Below are positions 26,231 to 35,703 of a stretch of 64,000 bases of DNA, piece after piece (the stretch's first letter is position 1; each line of letters starts with the position of its first letter). Source of the DNA: an uncultured Chloroflexia bacterium (GTDB taxonomy: Bacteria > Chloroflexota > Chloroflexia > Thermomicrobiales > UBA6265). Both the position numbers and the translations under genes were made by a program. The stretch is from the NCBI GenBank assembly GCA_963724295.1, contig CAVRUC010000013.1, forward strand, positions 523,210 to 587,209, written 5' to 3'. The notes beneath the pieces were generated by a model. It had not been told where the DNA came from. It was given only the letters and a program-made list of their open reading frames with translations, and searched no databases.

Positions 26231-26635
26231 TCAGGTTGAGATCGTCTTGTGCGGCCGGAACTCCCCATCGACGAAGGCCGGCCCCTCGACGCCCCAGCTC
26301 CACGACATACGCGGCCGGACGACGATGTACTCCATCGGTCCGAACCGGCCGTTGCGATGCTCGATCGCGGCCGTGCCGTGGATCTTCACCGCAACCGGGT
26401 CCATGGGGTCGACGGAGGCGAGGCTGTCGACGATGAGCGACACCATGCCGCCCCCGGCCGCCACGTTCTTGTACTTACGCGACCCGGCGAGGTTCTGGTA
26501 GCTCCCGATCAGGATGTCGTCTCCATCCAGCTCGAAACCGACCACGTCGGCGTCAGGTTGGCCCAAAGGGGAGACGGTGGCGAGCCGGGCGAGGCGTTGC
26601 GAGCTAAGGTAGGCCCGCTCCTTTTCCGTGAACAT
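26231..26635 (-). CDS. PPOX-class (FMN/F420-type split barrel) oxidoreductase
   Basis: Start at the internal Met after GGAAGGAGA. 'FTEKERAYLSSQRLARLATVSPLGQPDADVVGF'. Confidence 0.75.
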   Translation of the reverse strand: MFTEKERAYLSSQRLARLATVSPLGQPDADVVGFELDGDDILIGSYQNLAGSRKYKNVAAGGGMVSLIVDSLASVDPMDPVAVKIHGTAAIEHRNGRFGPMEYIVVRPRMSWSWGVEGPAFVDGEFRPHKTIST

Positions 26636-26688
26636 GGCTCTCCTTCCGCGCCCGGCCGTTTCTCGCCAATGAGTGATGGAAGCGTGGG

Positions 26689-27048
26689 TCAGCCCCGCTT
26701 GGCGAACGTCTCCGCACCCATGATCTCGTACCCCACCACTGGCTCGTCGCCGATGACCCACCCGTCGTGCCCGGGAGGAATCTCGTAGACGTCTCCAGGG
26801 CCGAACTCCATCTCCGTTCCGTCTTCCATGCGGACGCCCAGGCGACCAGAGACCAGGTGACCCATGTGATGCGTCTGGCAGCTATCCGTGCCCGCTAGAG
26901 GCTTGACGTGCTCCGACCACCGCCACCCCGGCTCGAACTGGCTATTGGCGATGGCGAAATCGCCGAGCCGCACGATGTTGAATGACCCATGGGGAAAGCT
27001 CCGGGTCTCGTCGGGAGAACTCACATTTTTTCGCTGCAACGTCGCCAT
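26689..27048 (-). CDS. cupin domain protein
   Basis: Start 'MATLQRKN' after GAAAGGA. 'HHMGHLVSGRLGVRMEDGTEMEFGPGDVYEIPPGHDGW'. Confidence 0.75.
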   Translation of the reverse strand: MATLQRKNVSSPDETRSFPHGSFNIVRLGDFAIANSQFEPGWRWSEHVKPLAGTDSCQTHHMGHLVSGRLGVRMEDGTEMEFGPGDVYEIPPGHDGWVIGDEPVVGYEIMGAETFAKRG

Positions 27049-27080
27049 GATCGTCCTTTCTGTCGTTCCGCGCCGAACAG

Positions 27081-27383
27081 TTACTCTCGGATGCCCCACT
27101 CCATCTCGATGTCCTCCCAGGTCGGTTCGCCCCCGAGGACCTCATTGGCACGCAGGTAAAACTGGTTCTGCTCTGGCAGCTCGGCCATCTGACGGTAGGT
27201 CGCCTCGTCCTGGGTGAGGACGATGAAGACCACCTGCTCAGGCTGCCCGGCGCGATGGCCGAACAGCTCGACAACGGGACCGGGAATCTTGGGCCGAATC
27301 TCCCGTTTCCAGTCCTCCATCAATGCTTCGAACTTGGCCTGATCTCCGGACGTGATCGTTGCGTGGCCGATCGTCCCGAACAT
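27081..27383 (-). CDS. small ABM/Dabb-like monooxygenase-fold protein
   Basis: About 100 aa. Start 'MFGTIGH' after CAGGAGAG. Ferredoxin-like pattern. The family call is weak. Confidence 0.5.
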   Translation of the reverse strand: MFGTIGHATITSGDQAKFEALMEDWKREIRPKIPGPVVELFGHRAGQPEQVVFIVLTQDEATYRQMAELPEQNQFYLRANEVLGGEPTWEDIEMEWGIRE

Positions 27384-27420
27384 TGCTCTCTCCTGTTTCA
27401 CCAGCTAACGACGACATTGG

Positions 27421-28845
27421 TCACGCCCGCGGCGCGATGTTGAGATTCATGCGGAACAGGTTGCCCGGGTCGTATCTGCTCTTGAGCGTGACGAGCCGGT
27501 CGTAATTGGGACCGTACGAGGCGCGGAGCATCGCCTCCTTCTCTTCGCCGAACCCCGGGAAGTTCAGGTACGAGCCGCCTTTGGAGAATGGTTGCATCGC
27601 GGCGAGCGACTCCCGCGCCCACGCGATGTTCTGTTCGGTAGTGGCCGGGTCGGTCCAGGACGCCTCCGTAGCGAGCAGATACGGCGCGTCGCGGCGACCA
27701 TAGGCCGTCTCCTCCGATCCCACCCGGCCCATCGCGCCCCCCAGCTGCCAGAACGTGACCCCGGACATGAACGAGGGTCGCGCCGTCGCGATGTGGACCA
27801 TGGTGTCGATGGCTTCATCGCTCAGGTCGTCGACGTAGGTCGATTTCCAGTAGTAGAGGCGGCCCTCAGGGAAGAAGGGGTCGAAGGCGCCCTGCAGAGC
27901 CGTGTACGGAATCGGACCGCTGAGATCCATTAGCGGTGTCGCCAGTTCCCGCAACGGCTGCATGACCCGCTCGCCCTCCTCGACGGGCCCGATGTAGACG
28001 GCGGCCACGACCACGATTGGCCGCCGCCGCAGCTCCTCCGGAAAATGCTCGTCGTCCGGAACGCTCCAGAGGACCATCAGCGAGTTGAGCTCATCCGGCG
28101 CGGCGGCCGTGAAATCGCGCCAGGCCCGAATCACGGCCGGTCCATCTTCCAGCGCGTAGAAGGGCGCGCACAACTGGACGATCGGGCCGACCGGATGCAG
28201 GCGAAACTCGAAGCTGGTAATCGCTCCGAAGTTGCTGCCGGCCCCACGCACGGCCCAGAAGAGGTCTTCGTTCTCGGTCGCGCTGGCCGTCCGTACCTGC
28301 CCATCCGCGGTCACGATCTCGACGGAGATCAGGCTATCGAGGCTGAGACCGTACTTCCGTCGCAGGTGACCGTATCCACCGTGGATGGTCAGCCCGCCGA
28401 TTCCAGTGCTGGAAACGACGCCTCCCGGAACCGCCAGGCCAAAGAGCTGGGTCTCGCGGTCGATGTCTCCCCAGGTGGCCCCGCCCTGGGCGAGGGCAGT
28501 CCGCGCTTCTGGATCGACGAAGACGCCGCGCATCTGCGATAGGTCGATGACCAGCCCGCCGTCATTGACGGCGTTGCCGGCCACGTTGTGTGCACCGCCC
28601 CGCACGGAGAGCAGGAGACCATGCTCGCGCGCGAAGTTGACGCACGCCACGACGTCGGCGGTGCCGGAGCAGCGCGCGATCAGCGCCGGGCGGCGGTCGA
28701 TCAGACCGTTACGGACGGCGCGAGCCTCGTCATAGCCCGGATCATCAGGCGTCAACAGCGGACCGCGGAGACCGCCCCGGAACTCCTCGATTGTCGCTTC
28801 ATCCAGCATTCCCTCGATCGGAGGGGCAAGCAACTCTGTCGCCAT
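27421..28845 (-). CDS. FAD-linked oxidase (FAD_binding_4 + BBE domain)
   Basis: 'RPALIARCSGTADVVACVNFAREHGLLLSVRGGAHNVAG' and C-terminal 'YLNF...YDRLVTLKSRYDPGNLFRMNLNI'. Confidence 0.9.
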   Translation of the reverse strand: MATELLAPPIEGMLDEATIEEFRGGLRGPLLTPDDPGYDEARAVRNGLIDRRPALIARCSGTADVVACVNFAREHGLLLSVRGGAHNVAGNAVNDGGLVIDLSQMRGVFVDPEARTALAQGGATWGDIDRETQLFGLAVPGGVVSSTGIGGLTIHGGYGHLRRKYGLSLDSLISVEIVTADGQVRTASATENEDLFWAVRGAGSNFGAITSFEFRLHPVGPIVQLCAPFYALEDGPAVIRAWRDFTAAAPDELNSLMVLWSVPDDEHFPEELRRRPIVVVAAVYIGPVEEGERVMQPLRELATPLMDLSGPIPYTALQGAFDPFFPEGRLYYWKSTYVDDLSDEAIDTMVHIATARPSFMSGVTFWQLGGAMGRVGSEETAYGRRDAPYLLATEASWTDPATTEQNIAWARESLAAMQPFSKGGSYLNFPGFGEEKEAMLRASYGPNYDRLVTLKSRYDPGNLFRMNLNIAPRA

Positions 28846-29128
28846 GCATTACTCCTTTCACCGACAGCACCCGTGATGAACTGGCGCCGAACCGCCTGAC
28901 GAGGTTCTCCATCCGACCAGAGCCGGCCTCGTCAGCGCGATACGTGAATCACGTGGCACGCCGGTGGCGTTGAATTGCGCTAAGCGCAACGACATGATGC
29001 TCCCCGGAGCGAGGCTGCACATCGTGGAGTTGGCGGAGGCAGACTCGCGATTTTTAGGGCTAATCGGCGGAAGGGGTCAGTAATTACCGCAATCGGTGAG
29101 AATCGTCAGCTCTGTGTTGCCAAATCGG

Positions 29129-30115
29129 CTACACGGGCGACCAGGTCGTCTCCAGTGCTCGGCGCACGCGCCCAATCCACCAGGCGAGGTCAGCGGCCTC
29201 ACGCGCCCGCTTCGCGGCATCCGGGTGCTCGGCAGCGTCGAGTGCCTTGTTCCAGCCGTACTCGGCGAACGTGGCGATGAAGGAGAGTTGGAGGGCGCGC
29301 TCATCGTGGTCGTCCCCGCAGACGGCGCGGAAGTCGTCGATCAATGCTTCCCGCGTGGCCGCGATCCGAGACCAGGCGCCGGTCAAGAACGTCGTAAACT
29401 CAAAGGCGGCCGGGGCCTGGGTCGCGGTACCCCAATCGAGGATCACCACACGATCTGGTTCGAGCCCGACGTTGGCGAGCCACAAATCCCCGTGGATAAG
29501 CGTCGTCACGCACCGGTCGAGCTCGAAGGCGAGCCGGTCGGGTCGCTCGTGGATGGCGTGGACGGCCGCCGCGACGTCATGAGGCACTACATTCGGGAAT
29601 ACATCCCAGCCGCGCGCAATCCACTCGAAGACCGGGCTCGCTCCACCATGCTCGCTCGCCGCCGTTCGCGGTGTGAAGAGCGACAGGTGGTCGGTGAGGC
29701 TGCACAGCCCCTCGAGAGGCTCTCCTCGGAAGGTGCGGTGCAGCATGGAGGCCGCTTCGAGGATGCGGCGGCTCTCGGCCTGTGTCAGCACTCGATCGTC
29801 CGACAACAGCGCGCCGGAGATGTCGCGCATGATGAGGACCCAGCCGTCATCGGCAGCTTCGACAGCGACGATGGCGTGATCGATTACCGGCGGAAACCGG
29901 TCCATCACCCCGGACGTCCAGAGTCCGGCCACCCGGCCCGTGTCATGTGTGAGCCGCATAGTTGCGTCCCACGCCGGTGAGAGGTGCTTGACGACTAGCG
30001 CTCGACCGTCCGCCAGCACGACCCGCTCCAGCATGGCGCCGGAGTAGCCCTGGCTGGTCTGGCGCAGTGGCGTCCGCTCGACGACGTTGTCAAACAGTCC
30101 TGCCAGAGTCACCAC
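29129..30115 (-). CDS. aminoglycoside/choline-kinase-like phosphotransferase family protein
   Basis: 'TLIHGDLWLANVGLEPDRVVILDWGTA' (Brenner/APH motif). Confidence 0.8.
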   Translation of the reverse strand: MVTLAGLFDNVVERTPLRQTSQGYSGAMLERVVLADGRALVVKHLSPAWDATMRLTHDTGRVAGLWTSGVMDRFPPVIDHAIVAVEAADDGWVLIMRDISGALLSDDRVLTQAESRRILEAASMLHRTFRGEPLEGLCSLTDHLSLFTPRTAASEHGGASPVFEWIARGWDVFPNVVPHDVAAAVHAIHERPDRLAFELDRCVTTLIHGDLWLANVGLEPDRVVILDWGTATQAPAAFEFTTFLTGAWSRIAATREALIDDFRAVCGDDHDERALQLSFIATFAEYGWNKALDAAEHPDAAKRAREAADLAWWIGRVRRALETTWSPV

Positions 30116-30163
30116 ATAACTCCTCCCACCCTCTCTACGGGATGCGGGACAACCGCTCCGCTG

Positions 30164-32545
30164 TTAGACCAGCCCGCGTCGCACGGCGATCGCCGTCACT
30201 TCGACCCGGCTGTTGACGCCGAACTTGGCGAAGAGGCTGGCGACATGCGTTTGGACCGTGCGCGGACTGACGCGCAGAGCCTCGGCGATCTCCCGGTCGT
30301 GATGTCCCACTACCAGCAGCCGCAGGACGTCAAGCTCGCGCGGACTCAGCCGCGGCGACGACCAATCTGAGACAGAGGCGGCAGCCGGCGCCGCCAGCAG
30401 CCGCCGCGCCTCGGCAACGGCCTGCTCGATCGAGAGGGCCTGACCCTCTGTCCACGCGGTTTCGAACGCGTCATCGTCAAGCTGAGATCGAACCGCGGCC
30501 AGCACCCGCTCGGCGTGGACATGGTGCGCCAGGTAGCGAACGCCTAGAGATTCGGCCACTCCCCAGGCGGCGCCAAGCAACCGCGCCGCTCGCTCGGACT
30601 GGCCGCGACGGTTCGCCACGCCGGCGATTCCCGCGAGCGTGCCCGCGATGCCGCGGCCGTCATCGCTGTCGAGCCAGAGCGTCAGCGTCTCGTCGTAGAG
30701 CCGTGCCGCCCGGACCTGATCCCCCCGCTCGCTGGCCGCGGCGGCCGCTGTGCCCAGCGCCTGAGCGAGTCCCCACAGGTAGCCTGCCTCCCGCCAGCCC
30801 GCGACCGCATGTTCAGCCAGGGTCGCCGCCGACGCGGGGTCGCCGCGCAACAGGGCCACGTCCGCGAGATTCGCCACGGGGAGCAGCGTCCAATGCGGAA
30901 GGCGCCCAGCGTCTTCCAGGCTCTCCATGAGACCGCGCGATGCTTCATAGCGCGTGGCGGCGAGGTCGAGGTCGCCCTGCCACTCGGCGGTGATGCCCAG
31001 CGCGAGCAGTGCCCGCGCCTGACCGAAGACATAGTCGTGCGCCCGTGCCAGAGCGAGTCCTTGTTCGCTCAGCGCGGTCGATCGCGAGAAATCGCCGCGC
31101 ACCTGAGCGAGCGCCGATGCCGTAAAGAGCGCATCGACGCGCGTTTCGGGAGGGACAGCGCTTTCGTCCGCCAGCGCCGCCTCGAGCCACTGCTGACCCT
31201 CGTGCGGCTCGCCGCGGGCGTAGGCGAAGGAGAGGATCGTCCCGGCTAGCCGTAGCACCGCGGCGGCGTTACCGGAGCGCAAGGCCCAGGCGACCGCCGT
31301 GTGCAGGTTGTCTCGCTCGATGGCGAGGCGCTCGACCCAGGCAGCTGAACCCGACGCGATGAGATGCGGCTCGGCCTGCTCGGCCAGGGCCAGGTAGTGG
31401 GCCGCGTGGGCCGAGCGAGTGGCACTCTCCTCCCCGCTGGCCGCCAGCCGCTCCAGGCCGAATTCTCGAATCGTCTCCAGCATGCCATAGCGCGGCTCGC
31501 CAGGGGGCGCCTCGGTCTGGATCAGCAGGCTCTGCTCGACCAGTCCGCGCACCCCATCCAGGACGTCCAGACCAATCTCGCCGGCTCCGGACGCGACAGC
31601 CGCGACCGCTCCCAGGCTACCCCCACCGGCCAGCACGGAAAGGCGCCGGAAGAACGCTTGCTCGTCGGCGCCCAGCAGGTCGTAGCTCCAGCCGATCGCG
31701 TCGCGCATTGCTTGCAGGCGGATTGGCTGATCCCGTGGCCCGCCGGTGAGGATTGGCAACGGACGCTCGAGATGACGGAGCAGCGTCGGCGCGGGCAAAT
31801 GCCTGGTGCGCGCTGCCGCCAGCTCGATCGCCAGTGGCAACCCATCCAGCCGCCGGCAGATGGCGACGACGGCCGTGGCATTCGCCGCGGTCAGGACGAA
31901 ATCTGGCCGCGCCGCCTGCGCTCGCGCCACAAACAGCTGCACGGCAGGCGCCGCGCCTACCTCCTCCACTGTCGGCGCTGTCTCGGCATCAGGCAGCGCC
32001 AGGGCGGGGACCGGAAAATCATGCTCGCCGGAGATGCGCAGGACGGCGCGGCTCGTGGCCAGAACGCTCAGTCTGGGGCTGGCCACGAGCAGCTCGGCGA
32101 TGAGCGGTGTCGCGTCGAGCAGATGTTCCAGGTTGTCGAGAACCAGGAGGAGGTGCTTTGTGCGCAGAGCCGACACCAGCGTCTCTGCGAGCGGTCGGCC
32201 ACCAGTCTCGCGCACTCCGACACTTTGGGCGATCGCGGAGGCGACCAGCGCCGGCTCAGGGACGGCGGCAAGCGGGACGAAGACCGCCCCATCAGCGAAT
32301 GCTGTTTCCAGCCTGGCCGTGGCCTCGAGGGCGAGCCGCGTCTTGCCGACGCCGCCCGGACCCGTCAGCGTGACCAGCCGGACATCAGGGCGGCAGAGGA
32401 GGCCGGTCAAGGTCGCGACCTCCTGCTCCCGCCCGACGAGCGCCGTCAGTGGGCTGGGTAATGGTGCCGCGACGTGACCTCGACGCGGGATCGGGGCAAT
32501 CGAGATCGGCTCAGTTGGCGTTCGATCGGGCGGCGGTGCAACCAT
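30164..32545 (-). CDS. large ATP-binding LuxR-family regulator (P-loop NTPase + TPR-like + C-terminal LuxR HTH)
   Basis: Walker A 'LTGPGGVGKTRLALE', 'LLLVLDNLEHLL', and C-terminal 'LSPRELDVLRLLVVGHHDREIAEALRVSPRTVQTHVASLFAKFGV'. Confidence 0.9.
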   Translation of the reverse strand: MVAPPPDRTPTEPISIAPIPRRGHVAAPLPSPLTALVGREQEVATLTGLLCRPDVRLVTLTGPGGVGKTRLALEATARLETAFADGAVFVPLAAVPEPALVASAIAQSVGVRETGGRPLAETLVSALRTKHLLLVLDNLEHLLDATPLIAELLVASPRLSVLATSRAVLRISGEHDFPVPALALPDAETAPTVEEVGAAPAVQLFVARAQAARPDFVLTAANATAVVAICRRLDGLPLAIELAAARTRHLPAPTLLRHLERPLPILTGGPRDQPIRLQAMRDAIGWSYDLLGADEQAFFRRLSVLAGGGSLGAVAAVASGAGEIGLDVLDGVRGLVEQSLLIQTEAPPGEPRYGMLETIREFGLERLAASGEESATRSAHAAHYLALAEQAEPHLIASGSAAWVERLAIERDNLHTAVAWALRSGNAAAVLRLAGTILSFAYARGEPHEGQQWLEAALADESAVPPETRVDALFTASALAQVRGDFSRSTALSEQGLALARAHDYVFGQARALLALGITAEWQGDLDLAATRYEASRGLMESLEDAGRLPHWTLLPVANLADVALLRGDPASAATLAEHAVAGWREAGYLWGLAQALGTAAAAASERGDQVRAARLYDETLTLWLDSDDGRGIAGTLAGIAGVANRRGQSERAARLLGAAWGVAESLGVRYLAHHVHAERVLAAVRSQLDDDAFETAWTEGQALSIEQAVAEARRLLAAPAAASVSDWSSPRLSPRELDVLRLLVVGHHDREIAEALRVSPRTVQTHVASLFAKFGVNSRVEVTAIAVRRGLV

Positions 32546-32655
32546 GGTGGCCCTGCGACAGCAATCCCAACGGGGGTTCGCCGCGCATCATTGCCGCCAC
32601 GAGCGCTGTCGTCAACTTCCTCAGAGCGCCCGCGGTGCGAGACGCCCGTCGCACC

Positions 32656-33108
32656 TCACTTCGCGGCGCGGAGTCGATGCTCGACAGTCGCCAGCGCCGT
32701 GCCGAATACCGCATGGGCCGCGATCATGACCATCTGCCGCTGGTTCGAGTCATCTTCCGCGGCGGGATAGAGATTCAGCGAGGGCATCAGGCCGATGTAG
32801 CTGACGCCCCAGACCGCCGCGCCGAACAGGAGCCCCGCTGCCAGATCGGAGCGCGGTAGCACCGGGCGGATGGCAGAGAAGACCACGCCGCAGGCGGCGC
32901 CATATCCGGTGTGTGCGGCAATCCAGGCTGCCTGGAACTCCGGGCTCTGACGATCTGGATTCTCACCGGCTTGCTCCGCCATGTTCTCCGTGATCTCGAC
33001 CGGTGGAGGCGTGACCATCAGACCAGCCGCGCGGCCGGCGCCGATCACGACCGTCATCGGCACGGTCGCCGCCAGGCCAGCCAGCGCTCCGCGGGCAAGC
33101 GTCTGCAT
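32656..33108 (-). CDS. membrane protein, unknown function
   Basis: Start at the internal Met (cat 33106-33108) after AAGGGAGG. About 4 hydrophobic segments. Confidence 0.6.
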   Translation of the reverse strand: MQTLARGALAGLAATVPMTVVIGAGRAAGLMVTPPPVEITENMAEQAGENPDRQSPEFQAAWIAAHTGYGAACGVVFSAIRPVLPRSDLAAGLLFGAAVWGVSYIGLMPSLNLYPAAEDDSNQRQMVMIAAHAVFGTALATVEHRLRAAK

Positions 33109-33265
33109 CGCCCCTCCCTTCGATCCATCATCGCCCGGCCCATGGCCGCGCGCTAACAGCCGCGCCGATGGTGATCGCCACCATTCGCCCCCGCTCGACC
33201 CATACAGGCACGTACCAGCGCAAGAATCAGACCGCTCGATCCTGTTGCAGCGGCCCACCCATCGG

Positions 33266-33478
33266 TGTGATCCCGAGGGCACGAGCTTGCAGGATCTCGT
33301 CGGTGTCCTTAGCGCGGCGTCTGACCGGTCGGAAGTCGGAGGTCGGAAGTCGGAGGATTGTCCTCCGGCTATCAGCTATCGGCCATTAGCTTCCTACGAC
33401 TCACGACTGATCACGACTCACGATTCGCGGTCTCTCTTCTCCACTTACCGACTAACCGACTTACCGACTTACCGACTG
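33266..33478. repeat. modular word-repeat element, copy A
   Basis: 'gcgtctgacc', (GTCGGAA/GTCGGAG)x4, 'ccggctatcagctatcgg', (CGACTCACGA)-type words, 'ggtctctcttctc', and (CCGACTNA)x4 overlapping the stop of the DinB gene. Confidence 0.85.
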
Positions 33479-33967
33479 GCCGTCTCGCCGTCCACATAGA
33501 CAAGCAGATCTAGCCAACCAGGGGAATGACCGAGCCGGGTCAGCAACAGCGCCGCCTCACTGCGGTGCTGGGTGGCATGGTTGACCTGATGCAGGAGCTG
33601 TTGCCGGAGCGGATAGGACCACGTCTCGCCCTGGAAGTTCACGTAGGAGACGACACGCGCCAGATCGGGCTCATGCAACGTCGAGACGTATTGCGATGTC
33701 GCTGCCTCGACCTCGTCCCAGCGGGTCCAAAGTGCTGCCACGTCTGGAAAGTCGGCCGGGTTCCACAGCCCGTGCGGCGACATTTCCCGCCACCGTTGCA
33801 GCCATAGCCACTGGGCGGACGCCGTGTGAACGAGGGTGTCCCGGATCGAGTCGAAGCCGTCGCCTGGCGGTCGTGTACTGCTCCGGGGTGAGCTGCTCGG
33901 CCGTATCGAGGATGCGGGCGTTGGCCCAGGCGCTGTACGCGTAGAGCTCGCGGATCGCTTCGAGCAT
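33469..33967 (-). pseudogene. DinB-family protein with an apparent frameshift near 33866-33878
   Basis: 'MLEAIRELYAYSAWANARILDTAEQLTPEQYT' (GAAGGAG RBS) is in one frame. 'PPGDGFDSIRDTLVHTASAQWLWLQRW...HQVNHATQHRSEAALLL' is in another. Confidence 0.7.
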
Positions 33968-34110
33968 GGATGCTCCTTCAGTGTCGGCCCTTCGACCGGC
34001 CGTGGCGACGTGGAGTGACTTGACAGAATCTGAGCTAGGTGTAGGGTAGCTGGCGCAACCCAACCCGAGAGTGTCAACCGAATCTCGCCTCAGCGTAGGG
34101 AAGGATCATC

Positions 34111-35631
34111 ATGCGGCTCCATTCGTCCTTTTCCCTCATCTCCCTTCTCGTTCTCGCGATGCTCATTGGTTTCGCCCCGGTCAACGCCGGCCGCGCCCAG
34201 GAGGCAACCCCCGCGGCCACCCCGACGGCGCTCGCCTGGTCGGACTGCGCGGTTGGAGGCGGTTGGGAGTGCGCCACCCTCCCCGTTCCGCTCGACTACG
34301 CCGACCCGACCGGGCCGACCATCGACATCGCGCTGACCCGGCTACCCGCCGGCGACCCAGTTCAGCGGATTGGGGCCCTGCTCCTCAACCCCGGCGGCCC
34401 GGGCGGGCGAGGTGTCCATACCCTGCACCAGCTGGGCACGCTGATGTTTCCAGAGGAAACGCGCGCCCGGTTCGACATCGTCAGCTTCGACCCTCGCGGC
34501 GTGGGTGAGAGCGGCCAGATCGACTGCCAGCCCGACTTCGAGACCTACTACGAGCTCGACCCTTCCCCCGATGACGCTGCCGAACGGGAGGCCTGGCTCG
34601 CCGGAGGGCGTGCCTACGCTGCGGCCTGTGCCGCGAACGGCGGTGAGCTGCTGCCGTTCGTCGGCACCGAGAACGTGGTGAGCGACATGGAGCAGCTGCG
34701 GACAGCCCTCGGCGAGGAGACGATCTCATTTCTTGGCATCTCCTATGGCACCAGCCTTGGCGCCCGCTACGCCGACCGCTACCCGGAGCGCGTGCGCGCA
34801 TTCGCGCTCGACTCCGGCCTGCCCTCGTTCGTCGACCCGGTGACGTTCATCCCACAGTGGGTCGACGCCATCGAGCGCGCGTTCGACGCCTACCTCGCCG
34901 ACTGCGCTGCCGCCGTGACCTGTCCGTTCCATTCTGACGGTGACCCGGCTGCCGCCTTCGACGCGCTCATCGCCCAGGTCGATGCGGCACCGCTGGAGGT
35001 CCCAACCGAAACCGGAACGAGACTGGTCGGTCAGCGCGCCGTCCTGGCCGGTGTCGAGGCGGTGCTGTCGAATGTCGTGGCGTGGCCGCAGCTGGCTACT
35101 GCTCTGCAGGCGGCGGCCAACGGGGACGGTGCGCCGATACTCGCCTTATCGGACATGCGCAACGAACGGATGCCCGACGGTAGCTACGGTCCTGGCAGTG
35201 CCGCGTTCCTGGCCGTCGGCTGCTTGGACTTCCCTATCACCAGGGACCCAGTCGCCTACGAAGCGCTAGCTGCCAAGGCCGCGACCATCGCTCCCCGCCT
35301 CGGCGCCTACTACGCCACCTGGACCCTGCCCTGCGCCTTCTGGCCGGCACCACCGACCCCAGCTCCTCATGCACCTGTAGCCGCCGGTGCGCCGCCGATC
35401 CTCGTGATCGGCGCCACGCTCGACACCCAGGACGCCTACACCTGGTCAGTGGACATGGCCGGACAGCTAGAGTCGGGCGTCCTGTTGCGGCGTGAAGGCA
35501 CCGGGCACCCCTCTTACTTCGAGAGCGCCTGCGTCGTGGAGGCAGTAAACGCCTACTTGATTGACCTGACCCTGCCGCCCCCGGAACTCATCTGCCCCTC
35601 GACCGGCGGGTTGTTCGTAAGGTCCGAGTAG
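34111..35631 (+). CDS. secreted alpha/beta hydrolase (tripeptidyl-aminopeptidase-like)
   Basis: Signal peptide + 'AQEATP'. 'LLLNPGGPGG', nucleophile elbow 'GISYGT', and a TAP-like C-terminus. Confidence 0.85.
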   Translation: MRLHSSFSLISLLVLAMLIGFAPVNAGRAQEATPAATPTALAWSDCAVGGGWECATLPVPLDYADPTGPTIDIALTRLPAGDPVQRIGALLLNPGGPGGRGVHTLHQLGTLMFPEETRARFDIVSFDPRGVGESGQIDCQPDFETYYELDPSPDDAAEREAWLAGGRAYAAACAANGGELLPFVGTENVVSDMEQLRTALGEETISFLGISYGTSLGARYADRYPERVRAFALDSGLPSFVDPVTFIPQWVDAIERAFDAYLADCAAAVTCPFHSDGDPAAAFDALIAQVDAAPLEVPTETGTRLVGQRAVLAGVEAVLSNVVAWPQLATALQAAANGDGAPILALSDMRNERMPDGSYGPGSAAFLAVGCLDFPITRDPVAYEALAAKAATIAPRLGAYYATWTLPCAFWPAPPTPAPHAPVAAGAPPILVIGATLDTQDAYTWSVDMAGQLESGVLLRREGTGHPSYFESACVVEAVNAYLIDLTLPPPELICPSTGGLFVRSE

Positions 35632-35703
35632 AAGGTCTTGGCGGTTGATTGTGAGCTGGAGATCTGCTGACCCAACAAGCCTCATTTGGCAAAGGAGAGG
35701 ACT

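Noticed and set aside
29096-29980. 294-aa plus-strand ORF.
   Set aside because: It is antisense to the phosphotransferase gene (29129..30115), which carries the HGDLxxxN kinase motif. The ORF itself has a shadow-frame composition.
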